Shown one piece after another: positions 1-8,850 of a stretch of DNA of 63,882 nucleotides (positions within the stretch are counted from its first letter, which is position 1; the number at the start of each line of letters is the position of its first letter). The notes beneath the pieces were generated by a model that was not told the DNA's origin, made no database searches, and was given only the letters and a program-made list of their open reading frames with translations. Position numbers and translations under genes: made by a program. Origin of the DNA: a virus (lineage: Duplodnaviria; Caudoviricetes); the IMG/VR virus record IMGVR_UViG_3300033412_000012, positions 1 through 63,882 of that record; one strand, written 5' to 3'.

Positions 1-336
1 CGAGTACAAGTCGCCGACATTTTCGTGCAGCACCTTTGCGCATTCGGGATCGAGCGGGCGCTGTTTGTCAGCAAGCTGCTGTAGGGCGCCATTCATCCGC
101 CCCGTCGCACCGGCAGACTCAATCGCCGCCATTACCTTAAGCACTTGCGCGGGATCGCCGAAGATCGTCACGCCTTCGTGCTTGCGGATAGCGTGGCTCG
201 ACAACACGCGCAGGGTTGTTTCGTTCGCACCGGCAGACTGGTGGGCGGCCTCAAGTACGTCGATTCGCTTTTCAAGGTCTTTGATAATGTCGTCAACGAA
301 TCGCCGCGAGCCTTTGTAAATTGCCACGTCAAGCAT
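1..336 (-). CDS. hypothetical phage protein (runs off window edge)
   Basis: Not in the ORF track. ATG at 336 overlaps the previous stop (ATGCTTGA); open frame MLDVAIYKGSRRF... to position 1. Confidence 0.6.
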   Translation of the reverse strand, partial: MLDVAIYKGSRRFVDDIIKDLEKRIDVLEAAHQSAGANETTLRVLSSHAIRKHEGVTIFGDPAQVLKVMAAIESAGATGRMNGALQQLADKQRPLDPECAKVLHENVGDLYS

Positions 337-928
337 CGCTTCCCCCTTTCGCAGCAGCGCGGTCGATGCGCTCGATTTCGGCGAGGATCAGCGCGCCGGC
401 TTTGACGAGATCGCGGCGCGGTGTCGTAGGCTTCCACCACGACTTGCGCCACGGCCACGAGGTCGGCGGCGCTCCCTTTGGCATCGGGAACAGGCCCGCA
501 GACGCATAGGAAGCCGCTACGGCGTAGGATGCGGCGGCCATAGGCAATTGGCCGCCATCGTGTTCGTCATCGTGTTTCAGCGTCCATCCTTCCTGCTCGA
601 TCTGCCGGCGGCGCTCGGCCAGCACATCCCGCGCCGCCTCGCTCATCGTCGGGGCAGTGGCGAGCCTGTCGCGCAGCAAGTGAAGCCAGTTCTCGCAACT
701 TTCCGTGTCGCCGTGCTCGTTGCAATACAGTGCCTGCGCGATGATTTCGGGGTTGCTGCCTTTGTAGGTATCGACAGGCTCCCGCCCCTCAGCAGGCGCA
801 GCGCTGGCGCGCTCAATGTCTCGCGCGAAGTCGAAGAGCCACGGGTTGTATTTCGGCTCTTCGCCGACTCTGTAGCTTTCGATAGGGTATTTCTTTGCGA
901 TCTCTAAAACCTGATCATGCGTCAGCAT
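329..928 (-). CDS. hypothetical phage protein with conserved C-terminal module (ARDVLAERRRQ...EGW...HDD...WPW...RRDLVKAGALILAEIERIDR)
   Basis: 199-aa ORF; module is common in proteobacterial phages; translationally coupled to neighbours. Confidence 0.8.
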   Translation of the reverse strand: MLTHDQVLEIAKKYPIESYRVGEEPKYNPWLFDFARDIERASAAPAEGREPVDTYKGSNPEIIAQALYCNEHGDTESCENWLHLLRDRLATAPTMSEAARDVLAERRRQIEQEGWTLKHDDEHDGGQLPMAAASYAVAASYASAGLFPMPKGAPPTSWPWRKSWWKPTTPRRDLVKAGALILAEIERIDRAAAKGGSDA

Positions 929-1208
929 TTACGGTCTCCGTGGCTTCATTGAGCAGTGCTCGCGTAGTCGAAATGACATGCCGCATGAACTGCCGGTCGG
1001 TAGGACGAGTGAAACCTTTGGCAAGCTTTTCGAGAGCATCGAAAACGGCGGAATCCGAAGCAGGCGCAGCGCTGGCGGCGATACCAGACACGAAATCGAT
1101 AATCCGATTGATCTGTCTCGGACGGCTCTCGCTACTTTCCATCACCGCCGCGATACCGTATTCGAGGATCAGCGTTTTCAGTTCGTTACGTTGTTCGTCA
1201 GTCAGCAT
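915..1208 (-). CDS. hypothetical protein
   Basis: Start MLTDEQ with AAGGAG RBS; overlaps flanking genes. Confidence 0.65.
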   Translation of the reverse strand: MLTDEQRNELKTLILEYGIAAVMESSESRPRQINRIIDFVSGIAASAAPASDSAVFDALEKLAKGFTRPTDRQFMRHVISTTRALLNEATETVNADA

Positions 1209-1584
1209 GACCGTCTCCTTTGGCGGCGAGAAGTGCGTACATCGCTTTGCCGGCCTCTCGGTCTGTTGCGCTCGTGCTCTTGCAGTAACCTGCTGCGTAA
1301 AATTCAAGGCGGCTACGCACATCATCGCTCAGCCCGCGCGCCGCTTGCTGCTCGCTGGCGGGTTGCGGAGCGGCGCTTTGCTTTCGTTTTAGCAACCGAA
1401 TATCGTGCGCCGGCCCATCACTCTGTAATCCGTATCGGTCACATATGCCGGCCGCTGCTTCCAGCGCCTCGTCGGCCGATACGGCTGCGTCGTCGGTTTG
1501 GAGGGGAAATTTGTGCTGGATTTTCAGCAAGCGGGCGAGCCGCCGCAGTTGCGCGGCGACGCGTATGTCATGAGTGGTGGTCAT
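1198..1584 (-). CDS. hypothetical protein
   Basis: 128-aa ORF in a coupled run of genes. Confidence 0.6.
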   Translation of the reverse strand: MTTTHDIRVAAQLRRLARLLKIQHKFPLQTDDAAVSADEALEAAAGICDRYGLQSDGPAHDIRLLKRKQSAAPQPASEQQAARGLSDDVRSRLEFYAAGYCKSTSATDREAGKAMYALLAAKGDGHAD

Positions 1585-1629
1585 GGAAAGCCTGTCGGGT
1601 CGATGATGAGGTACTACCAGAACGGTCGG

Positions 1630-1764
1630 CTATCCTCCTGCATGAACCGGGGCAACGCCCGGGGAAATGATGTTGACGGCGCACTCACGCAATAAGTGCT
1701 CGATCAGACCGCCTTTCCCGCCCAACTCCAGCAGGTCCAGCAGGTAGCGCGCGTACCAGGACAT
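1630..1764 (-). CDS. 44-aa small protein MSWYARYLLDLLELGGKGGLIEHLLRECAVNIISPGVAPVHAGG
   Basis: Below ORF-track cutoff; strong GGAGGAG RBS; fills the gap between genes. Confidence 0.55.
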   Translation of the reverse strand: MSWYARYLLDLLELGGKGGLIEHLLRECAVNIISPGVAPVHAGG

Positions 1765-1804
1765 GGTAGGTCTCCTCCAGTAGTGCAAAGTACCACTGGA
1801 GACC

Positions 1805-2410
1805 TCAAGCAGCGGCCAACTCGAGGTCTCCTACAGCGTAGTTCTGCAACGCAGCACGAGCCTGGATCACTACTCTGCCGCGTGAGCATTGGACCCAACC
1901 TTGCCGTTCGAAGCGGGCCAAGGCATCGGTGACTGTTTCACGGCGCAAGTCAACGGCATTGGCGACCGTTTGCTGCGTGAGCGGCAAGTCGTCCAGTCCA
2001 AACCCGAGCAAATAGCGCGCAATGGAGCGCGAGCACGACTGCGTAGCCAGCTGCGACAAGTTCTCGATGGCGCGACAGTGCAGACGTGCCGCCTCGGACG
2101 TCAATACGTGGCGGAACGCTGCCACGTGCAGCAAGCCCGACGAGACCGTGTACAGATAACCCGGCAGACGCACCTGCAGCAAAGCCGAGTAAGGCTCCGC
2201 CCACGTGCATTCGCCTGGGCGCACCAGGACCGCGTCGACCAGATCGGGAGTCACAAGAGCCAGCACGGCAGTCACTGGAAAATAAGTCATCTGTTGTCGC
2301 ATTGCGTAGCCGTCGCCGACTTCCATCAGTTGCACATACTGACGCAACTCCGGGTCGTGCTCCAACAGTTGCGCCAACACTCGGTTACGAACTGCCACAG
2401 TCTCGATCAT
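1805..2410 (-). CDS. Crp/Fnr-family transcriptional regulator
   Basis: C-terminal Crp-type HTH (LPLTQQTVANAVDLRRETVTDALARFERQGWVQCSRGRVVI); N-terminal YFPVTAV resembles the cNMP-binding fold; GGGGG RBS before MIETV. Confidence 0.8.
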   Translation of the reverse strand: MIETVAVRNRVLAQLLEHDPELRQYVQLMEVGDGYAMRQQMTYFPVTAVLALVTPDLVDAVLVRPGECTWAEPYSALLQVRLPGYLYTVSSGLLHVAAFRHVLTSEAARLHCRAIENLSQLATQSCSRSIARYLLGFGLDDLPLTQQTVANAVDLRRETVTDALARFERQGWVQCSRGRVVIQARAALQNYAVGDLELAAA

Positions 2411-2436
2411 GATAGCCCCCGATAATCGGTTTGGGT

Positions 2437-2724
2437 TTATGAGTATACGAGCACGATAGCTCTGGGATTTTGCCATTCCCAGAAGCCGCCGTGCTGCTGC
2501 GCGAACTGCTCCAACTCGGGCGCGATCCACGGGTAGCCGCCGTGATGTTCACCGTAGTAATCGGCAAAATTTGGCCCGTCCTCGGCCGACACGTACAGCT
2601 GTCCGCCCCGCACGAAAACGGTCGGTGAGACCTCGACCAGATCATACGGGAATTGAGCGCCGACGCCTTCGCGCTTGATCGCGCGAAGTTGCTCGGCCAA
2701 CTGCTCCAGTTGTTGCGAATTCAT
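2437..2724 (-). CDS. hypothetical protein
   Basis: Start MNSQQ with GGAG RBS; ATGA overlap. Confidence 0.75.
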   Translation of the reverse strand: MNSQQLEQLAEQLRAIKREGVGAQFPYDLVEVSPTVFVRGGQLYVSAEDGPNFADYYGEHHGGYPWIAPELEQFAQQHGGFWEWQNPRAIVLVYS

Positions 2725-2984
2725 GGCTGCTCCAGTGCGGATTTGACGTCCGCAATCAAGTTGTCCGACGACAAGCGGCCCAGACAAGGCTTCGGACCGG
2801 GGCCGAGCACGAACGGCAAGCGCCCGTCACCCATCGGAACGTTGATTGCCACGCGATCAGTCAGCCACAGCCAGCAATCGCCACTGTCGGTACGCGTCAA
2901 GGACACAATGACCAGCCCGGCCGCGACAACCTCGCGAGCTACCTGAGCGACACGGAATTCAATAGGACCCGATGTGAAATTCAT
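2721..2984 (-). CDS. hypothetical protein
   Basis: Start MNFTS with GAGGG RBS. Confidence 0.6.
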   Translation of the reverse strand: MNFTSGPIEFRVAQVAREVVAAGLVIVSLTRTDSGDCWLWLTDRVAINVPMGDGRLPFVLGPGPKPCLGRLSSDNLIADVKSALEQP

Positions 2985-2994
2985 GACGCCACCC

Positions 2995-3195
2995 TCATGA
3001 CCAGTTGTCGATCTTGCCTTCATTAGCCAGCGCGTGCATCAAGCATTCGCCCAATTCCTTGGCCGCCTGGGCGTAAGTCAGCCCAGCTTTTACTTGCAGT
3101 CCGTAAGTCACTTTAAATCGTTTGGGGTTGGTTTTGCCGTAGGATTCTTGCTCCAGTTTTATCTGTCGTGCTTCATCGTTATAGCAGAGGGTCAT
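2995..3195 (-). CDS. hypothetical protein
   Basis: Start MTLCY with GGAG RBS, downstream of an AT-rich promoter-like segment. Confidence 0.7.
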   Translation of the reverse strand: MTLCYNDEARQIKLEQESYGKTNPKRFKVTYGLQVKAGLTYAQAAKELGECLMHALANEGKIDNWS

Positions 3196-3235
3196 GTCGA
3201 ACTCCGAAAGCGCCGCCTGAGTGGCAGTACGCTTT

Positions 3236-3268
3236 ATTAGAACACAGAGAGCACAAGTATTATACAAA
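3236..3268 (-). promoter_or_regulatory. promoter-like element (TATAAT plus CTTGTGCTCTnTGTG box)
   Basis: Minus strand TTGTATAATACTTGTGCTCTCTGTGTTCTAAT; 14/16 match to the spacer of the promoter at 7748-7776. Confidence 0.5.
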
Positions 3269-3325
3269 CTGAGGAGACGCCGCGATGCTATTTGGGAAAC
3301 AGAGCCGAATCGGGGCCGTGCTTGA

Positions 3326-3559
3326 TCATCGGCGCTTGCGAGGTCGTGCTGACCACGCCCAGTTAAACTGTCGACCCAGCACGGGGGCGTCAGGCGGCAA
3401 CACGACGCAGTGCAGCCGGCGCGGCTGGCCGTCTCGCAGATCGATTTGGAAAATTCGGTAGCGCCGACCCGTGCCCGTGACGCATTCGTCGTCTTCCTCG
3501 GGCAACGGCCCGTTCCAGAACTTGACCGTCAGCTTAGTCGGGTCCCAAGCAGCCTTCAC
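3326..3559 (-). CDS. hypothetical protein
   Basis: GTG start overlapping the previous stop; AAGGA RBS. Confidence 0.65.
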   Translation of the reverse strand: MKAAWDPTKLTVKFWNGPLPEEDDECVTGTGRRYRIFQIDLRDGQPRRLHCVVLPPDAPVLGRQFNWAWSARPRKRR

Positions 3560-3885
3560 AACGATTCCTTAGCACCGCCGTCCGCGTATTCGTACAGACG
3601 GGCGCGGATGCCGAAATCGAACGCCGTGGCTGAGCTGATGACGGGAGTGGACTCGTCGTCCAGCTTGTAGTACGCCGCGTGTCCACAGTTGCGCAGCATG
3701 CGGTCCGCATAGACGTATCCGTCTACCCAGGCACGTGCATCGGACAAGACGCGCCGAGCCAGAAAGTACGAGCGCAGGAAAAGGACAATCCGGACGCGGA
3801 ACTTCATGGCTCGACCAAACTGCGAGTTTGCCACCCGGGCTTGCCACAATACAGCTGCCAGATGCGAGGCGTGACGCTGATCCAC
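3556..3885 (-). CDS. hypothetical protein (start may be 3807)
   Basis: ORF in a coupled run. Confidence 0.5.
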   Translation of the reverse strand: MDQRHASHLAAVLWQARVANSQFGRAMKFRVRIVLFLRSYFLARRVLSDARAWVDGYVYADRMLRNCGHAAYYKLDDESTPVISSATAFDFGIRARLYEYADGGAKESL

Positions 3886-4205
3886 GTCGGGTCTGGTTCG
3901 CCGAGCGACGGCTCAGGACGAATCTGATACTGAACGATGGGTTTGGTGACGGGGGTCGGCCCGGTGGACTGACGACGCAACCGCTCCAGTTCGTCCAACT
4001 CGGAGCGCAGAGCAGCCGCCACTGCGATCACCAGTTCGTCAACGCGAGCCTCGTTGTCGATGATGCGCACCATCGAGTGGCCCGGACTGGACTCGTGTCG
4101 TGCCACTGGTCGGGGACAGTCGTAAGCTTCGGAGCCGAGCGTCACCACGATGGCGTTGACGAGCCTATGGCGTAACTCCTCGGACAGCTTGTGTTGAAAC
4201 TTCAT
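3804..4205 (-). CDS. hypothetical protein
   Basis: AGGAG RBS; 133 aa. Confidence 0.65.
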   Translation of the reverse strand: MKFQHKLSEELRHRLVNAIVVTLGSEAYDCPRPVARHESSPGHSMVRIIDNEARVDELVIAVAAALRSELDELERLRRQSTGPTPVTKPIVQYQIRPEPSLGEPDPTWISVTPRIWQLYCGKPGWQTRSLVEP

Positions 4206-4262
4206 GGAGTCGGTCTCCTGTCGGCAGTGGTGTCCTCCGAAACGCGGCAGGAGCGCTTAGCA

Positions 4263-4457
4263 CTACTGGCCAGAAAGTTCCGAGCGGCGTCGTCGCGACG
4301 TGCCAAACAGGGTCGTCAACTGACGCGGCAGCACTTCAGGAGCCGGCGCGTGCATGGCGCAGTGCCACTTGTTGCCGTCTGACCGGAACAAAATGAAGCC
4401 ACGCTCGGGACCGGCGCCGCACCGGCAACACCGCATCGGAGAATCGCGTCCGCTCAT
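4263..4457 (-). CDS. small Cys/His (Zn-finger-like) protein
   Basis: CCRC...WHCAMH motif; ATGA overlap. Confidence 0.45.
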   Translation of the reverse strand: MSGRDSPMRCCRCGAGPERGFILFRSDGNKWHCAMHAPAPEVLPRQLTTLFGTSRRRRSELSGQ

Positions 4458-4618
4458 GAGCGTTGCGCAGCCGCCACTGCGCGTTGGCGGCGTTCGCGTC
4501 CCTGGCGCATGAAATCGAGCCGGTCGCGCTTGCTGCAGCGCGCGCTGAACGACCAGCATGCACCTGCGCCGAGCGAGACCGGCAACCAGCAAGCAGCGAG
4601 GAGGGCGACGATGGTCAT
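4454..4618 (-). CDS. 54-aa protein with hydrophobic N-terminus (MTIVALLAACWLPVSLGAG...)
   Basis: Below cutoff; ATGA overlaps at both ends. Confidence 0.45.
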   Translation of the reverse strand: MTIVALLAACWLPVSLGAGACWSFSARCSKRDRLDFMRQGRERRQRAVAAAQRS

Positions 4619-4833
4619 GGCGAGTCCGGAGTGACGGCGGGGTCACGAATCAGTTCAGGAACCGGGCGCTCGGAGTCGAGCGATTGCCCAGATTCTTTTC
4701 CCTTAAAGAACTCGATCAGCTCTTGTGCGAAGCCCTGATAGTCGGACAGCGGCGACAGATGATACTTCATGGCGATAGCCGCCACTTCAGCCGGCGTAAC
4801 GAGGACGATTTTGATGGCGGCCACGGCGGTCAA
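4615..4833 (-). CDS. hypothetical protein
   Basis: TTG start overlapping the previous stop; GGAG RBS. Confidence 0.45.
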   Translation of the reverse strand: MTAVAAIKIVLVTPAEVAAIAMKYHLSPLSDYQGFAQELIEFFKGKESGQSLDSERPVPELIRDPAVTPDSP

Positions 4834-5102
4834 TCTCCGGCGTGAAGTGGCGTGATCGAGACGCGCTCGAGCTGGTCCGCGCACTGGCGCCGGAACGCCG
4901 CTAGGCACGAATCACACAGCGACATGCTGCCCATCAACCCGTCGTCGCCCGGCGAAGTCTCCACGAGGATCACCGTGGGCTCATTGGTGCAACGCTCGAG
5001 CCCTGGCCGACCGCCGAGCGTCATGAACGTGCAACCGTTTGGGCGCAGTGCTTGACAGCGCGTCAGGTCGGGCGGCTCAAGCGCAGTCGATTCAGTAGTC
5101 AT
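4830..5102 (-). CDS. Cys-rich hypothetical protein
   Basis: 90-aa ORF with CQA...RC...CDSC. Confidence 0.7.
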   Translation of the reverse strand: MTTESTALEPPDLTRCQALRPNGCTFMTLGGRPGLERCTNEPTVILVETSPGDDGLMGSMSLCDSCLAAFRRQCADQLERVSITPLHAGD

Positions 5103-5108
5103 GGCAAT

Positions 5109-5312
5109 TCATCCGGTCGTGGCGGCCTGTCTGAGCCGTAAGTTGCGAAGCCGCCGTTGCCGCACGGCCGTTTTGTCCTGACGACGGCGCCGCGCCTTCG
5201 ACGCGAGCCCCGCCGCTAAAGACGGCCGAGACGACCGTGCCACCGAATTGGAAGGGTCGATCGCCTGCTGGATCGCGTCGAGTTCGTTAAGCCACGATTT
5301 CTTCGGCTTCAT
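5109..5312 (-). CDS. basic hypothetical protein
   Basis: GAGGTG RBS. Confidence 0.55.
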   Translation of the reverse strand: MKPKKSWLNELDAIQQAIDPSNSVARSSRPSLAAGLASKARRRRQDKTAVRQRRLRNLRLRQAATTG

Positions 5313-5643
5313 GCGTCACCTCGTAGCGCCCCCGGTTGGCCAGCAGTCGCTGCCGGCAAGCCAGCTGCATTGCAGCCAAGTTAGCACGACCGCTGTAGTT
5401 GACGCCGTACCCAGCCGTCAAGTCCGGCGCCGGCAAGGCAGTCAGCGACCAACGTCCGAACGGACCGTGACAGCTGACGGCGACCGAACCGTCGTCCTTG
5501 AGTCGATTCAGGGCGTTGCTGACACGCACGCGCGGCCACGCCAGCGCGACAGCGATGTCGACCGAACGCGGCGCTATCGGGTGGACGCGGCGCAAGTACT
5601 GCGCGACTGTGGCGAGCGCTTCGCCATGAGCGAGGCGAGACAT
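5287..5643 (-). CDS. putative winged-helix DNA-binding protein
   Basis: SVDIAVALAWPRVRVSNALNRLKDDG is wHTH-like; GGAGG RBS. Confidence 0.55.
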   Translation of the reverse strand: MSRLAHGEALATVAQYLRRVHPIAPRSVDIAVALAWPRVRVSNALNRLKDDGSVAVSCHGPFGRWSLTALPAPDLTAGYGVNYSGRANLAAMQLACRQRLLANRGRYEVTHEAEEIVA

Positions 5644-5644
5644 T

Positions 5645-6268
5645 TTAGACCTCCGGCGGATTGTCGTCGGCGGCCTTCTGGATGACTGCGTGAAACGAGC
5701 TGTCGTAATAGCTTTTCAAGCGAGGACTGCTGCCAACTCGCAAAATCCAGTCTCGCGTGGCGTCATCCTGGCAGATCGTGACCACCATATCAGACCCGTT
5801 CTCGATATAACCGCACAGGCGGCGGACCGCTTGCAGCAGCTTCGCATCCCGCTCCTGTTCCGATTGAACCGACGAAGCCGCGCGTACGAACGAGACTGGG
5901 CCGTCCTGTCGCACTACTATTATCACTTCTGAGGGTTTAGCTCCTGTTTCCGCGACGAAGCATTCGAGGTAAAACTCCTGGTCGCGAACGATGCGCCGAT
6001 AACGCTCCTCGCCAATGGCAACCAGCGCTTCGGAAGTCGAGGCCGTCCCCAACTTGTCTTGCCGCTGCGCTAACATCAGTCGCAACCGCTCGATACGACG
6101 GAACGTCGACTCGATTTCGACTGGCGTCGGCTCTCGGCCGCTGGGGAAACGGAATGTCTTTTGCGACATCGCATTCGCGCCGTCGGTGAGACGCGCGATT
6201 TCATTGACCAGCATACCTGCGATGATTTGGTCGTCAGTTTGGGTGTCTTCCCTGTAGGGGCGATTCAT
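5645..6268 (-). CDS. hypothetical protein
   Basis: Start MNRPY with GAGGAG RBS. Confidence 0.65.
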   Translation of the reverse strand: MNRPYREDTQTDDQIIAGMLVNEIARLTDGANAMSQKTFRFPSGREPTPVEIESTFRRIERLRLMLAQRQDKLGTASTSEALVAIGEERYRRIVRDQEFYLECFVAETGAKPSEVIIVVRQDGPVSFVRAASSVQSEQERDAKLLQAVRRLCGYIENGSDMVVTICQDDATRDWILRVGSSPRLKSYYDSSFHAVIQKAADDNPPEV

Positions 6269-6759
6269 ATGTTGTTCTCCTCGATCCAGACACGCCGCAC
6301 GTCGACGCTCGTCGGCGAGAGCGCTAGGTATTCGTCGTAGGTAATGGAACGCCACGAAGTCGAGTCAGGATTACGAGCTTCATAGCCCGGGCGTAGCGCT
6401 ATGGCTGCAGTGCCGTCTTTGAACGACCGCCCGAGCGGCACCATCGCAAACGCGACGACCGCGTAGTCGTCCGCATCGCGCGCTGGTCCCGTCCATTGGG
6501 GCTCGGTACGGAAGTAGGAGACGTTGCCGCCGAAGTCGTCTCTCTCCGAATCCATGAAAGTCGCGCATTCGCCTTTGACGTACGCTGTCCGACGCGCCGA
6601 CACGTAGCGATACACCGTGCTCAAACGTGCCCCGTGCGGCATGCCGGGGCTGCGGGTCAGGGTCTCGGGCGTCGACGCCGTGAAGTTCGACCGCACGTCC
6701 GGCAAATACAGGCCAGTCGATTCCTGACGCACCGCGTAAACCATCGTAAGGTCTATCAT
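6265..6759 (-). CDS. hypothetical protein
   Basis: 164 aa; ATGA overlaps. Confidence 0.65.
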   Translation of the reverse strand: MIDLTMVYAVRQESTGLYLPDVRSNFTASTPETLTRSPGMPHGARLSTVYRYVSARRTAYVKGECATFMDSERDDFGGNVSYFRTEPQWTGPARDADDYAVVAFAMVPLGRSFKDGTAAIALRPGYEARNPDSTSWRSITYDEYLALSPTSVDVRRVWIEENNI

Positions 6760-7043
6760 CGCAAATTCCCCGAGCCGTGACAGTCATCACACGGCGTGAT
6801 CCCCCAGGGAGGGTTGTCGTAATAGCCGCGCCCGTAACACGCGTCGCAAATGCCGGCGCGTCGTAATCGATTGAGACGACGGTCTATTGCTTCCTGGCTT
6901 TCGGACGGAAACCAAGGCGAATCCTGGCGTCGCTTGGGGCGCAGCGCTCGATAACCAGCTCCAGCTAGATCGCCAAGCTTCCAGAGCGACAGAACGACCA
7001 TCACCAGATACAACGCGAACAGAAGGGCAGTGGACGCTCTCAT
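6756..7043 (-). CDS. membrane-anchored protein with CxxCxGxG zinc-finger repeats
   Basis: N-terminal TM segment; CDACYGRG...CDDCHGSG. Confidence 0.6.
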   Translation of the reverse strand: MRASTALLFALYLVMVVLSLWKLGDLAGAGYRALRPKRRQDSPWFPSESQEAIDRRLNRLRRAGICDACYGRGYYDNPPWGITPCDDCHGSGNLR

Positions 7044-7705
7044 GGGCGGTGCTCCGCATAGTTGCGCCAAGCTCGTTTGACATAGCCGTCGTAACGCTCG
7101 AGGCGGTTGTCCAGCACTTTAGAGTGAGGAGTTTCCTTGGCGCCGTCGACGAATTTGACAAGGTTTTTCTGACGCATGTGCGGCATCAAGTGCACGCAGT
7201 CGACGCCACGGTACGCCAAGTAGTCCGCGATCATGCTACGATGGCAACGCCACCATTGACACTCACAGCACATGATCGCGACGTTCTCGCGTGCGCCTCG
7301 CTCGATCAGCCGGTCGGCCGCCGCCAAGAAGCCGTGCGTGCTTTGGAAGTAGCTGTAGTCGCGCAGCCCGGTGTTGGTCCAGGACGGCCGGTCAGTCGGC
7401 GCTTCCTCGGCCGCGATGCGCTGCTTGGGGAACTTGCGGCCCAAGTACAGACGCAATTCGACGCCGTACTGTGACATTTCGTCGGCCAGATCGGCGTGAC
7501 TCTCGTTCCAGCCGCCCAACTCGGGCCACCACTCGTAGCTGATGCCGGCCGCCGGCACCCACTGCTGCAACGCCTCACGGTTGTGTTGTGGCCAGCGCGA
7601 ACCCGGATGCGAACGCGTGTCGATCAAAGTCGTGAAATGATCGCCGGCCAGCGTCAGGAAATCCTTCTCCGAAAACGTCGAATGCCCGATAGTGAAAATA
7701 GTCAT
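7040..7705 (-). CDS. DUF488-family protein
   Basis: IFTIGHS, LIDTRSHP, ELGG and MCCE...WWRCHR motifs. Confidence 0.85.
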   Translation of the reverse strand: MTIFTIGHSTFSEKDFLTLAGDHFTTLIDTRSHPGSRWPQHNREALQQWVPAAGISYEWWPELGGWNESHADLADEMSQYGVELRLYLGRKFPKQRIAAEEAPTDRPSWTNTGLRDYSYFQSTHGFLAAADRLIERGARENVAIMCCECQWWRCHRSMIADYLAYRGVDCVHLMPHMRQKNLVKFVDGAKETPHSKVLDNRLERYDGYVKRAWRNYAEHRP

Positions 7706-7747
7706 GTTGACTGCCCCGCCGAGAATTTTGGTTAGCCCTACCCTTCT

Positions 7748-7776
7748 ATTGTAGCACACAGAGCACAAGAGTACAA
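7748..7776 (-). promoter_or_regulatory. sigma70-type promoter
   Basis: TTGTAC-N17-TACAAT with extended -10 TG, directly upstream of DUF488. Confidence 0.7.
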
Positions 7777-7779
7777 GGG

Positions 7780-8271
7780 TTACTCCTGATCGTACTCGCT
7801 GGGCAACCGGCGCACGCGGCGTTCTTCGATCATTGCACCGAGCGACAGCAGCGTGGCTATTGCCCAGGCGCCAGCTCCCAACACGCTATTCGCGATAGCG
7901 GCGGAGGGCGCCACCAAGAACGCCACGTAAGTTAGCTTGCACAGCACGTGCAGTGTCTGATCGCAGTTGAACGAAATGCGCCTCGTGCATTTGACGTAGT
8001 CGATGACGGCGTGCAGGACGAACTCTACGGCGCCCAGCATCACCGAGCCCGTCACCAATGCCACGCCGCCCGCATGAATCAGCGCGTGGGCGGGCAGCAC
8101 CCAGTACCAGAACTGCCGCCCGAACGCCGTCGCCGGGTTCTTGGCTTGCGCGACGAAATCGTTTTGCAGCGCGAAGTCGCACACGGCATGCGACACCAGT
8201 AACCAGAACGTCATCCGCTCGAGTTGCTGCCACTCGTTGACAGTGCCAACCATCCACCAGATAGTGCTCAT
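7780..8271 (-). CDS. DUF3307-family membrane protein
   Basis: HAVCDFALQ...HALIH...HAVIDYVK...DQTLH motifs and several TM helices. Confidence 0.8.
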   Translation of the reverse strand: MSTIWWMVGTVNEWQQLERMTFWLLVSHAVCDFALQNDFVAQAKNPATAFGRQFWYWVLPAHALIHAGGVALVTGSVMLGAVEFVLHAVIDYVKCTRRISFNCDQTLHVLCKLTYVAFLVAPSAAIANSVLGAGAWAIATLLSLGAMIEERRVRRLPSEYDQE

Positions 8272-8849
8272 GCCGGTTCACCCCGGTCAATGGCTGGCTG
8301 ACTGGGCAACAAGCGAGCCAATTCGTACAGCGAGCGGCGCAACTGCCAAGCTTCGGCCGGAGTCTGAACGCTCGCCAGAGCGTGCACAGCGTCGATAGCT
8401 TGCCACAGGAGTTCGCTGTCCTGCAATGCCGAGACGTGATGCTCGATCATGTCGCGTAGCATAGCTTCGCGGCGGGTGTCGTCGTACTCAGCACGAAACA
8501 AGTAAGGCAGACCCTCGCACAGCGTGCCCTTGTATTCGAGGCGGAGCGTATCATTCGATGCCTTGGCCGACAGGCGCGGCACGGCCGGCCGTGCCAGCTT
8601 CTCGCCGCATGGCGTCAGCTTGGCCACTTTTAGGTCCGGATCCAACAAGCTGCGCTCCCAGAGAAGTAGGCCGGCGTTCTCGAGCCGCCGTACCATGACG
8701 TATGTGATCACGCCGGTCGTGGAGTTAACCGTGTAAGGACCAACGTTGGACTTGGCCGATTGCTGCAATTGTGAGCCATTGGCCAGCGATTTGCACCAGT
8801 TACGCATTGCCGGAGTAATCGTACTTTTCTTGTTGGTTTGAATCGTCAT
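8268..8849 (-). CDS. hypothetical protein
   Basis: Start MTIQT with GGAGG RBS. Confidence 0.6.
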   Translation of the reverse strand: MTIQTNKKSTITPAMRNWCKSLANGSQLQQSAKSNVGPYTVNSTTGVITYVMVRRLENAGLLLWERSLLDPDLKVAKLTPCGEKLARPAVPRLSAKASNDTLRLEYKGTLCEGLPYLFRAEYDDTRREAMLRDMIEHHVSALQDSELLWQAIDAVHALASVQTPAEAWQLRRSLYELARLLPSQPAIDRGEPA

Positions 8850-8850
8850 G

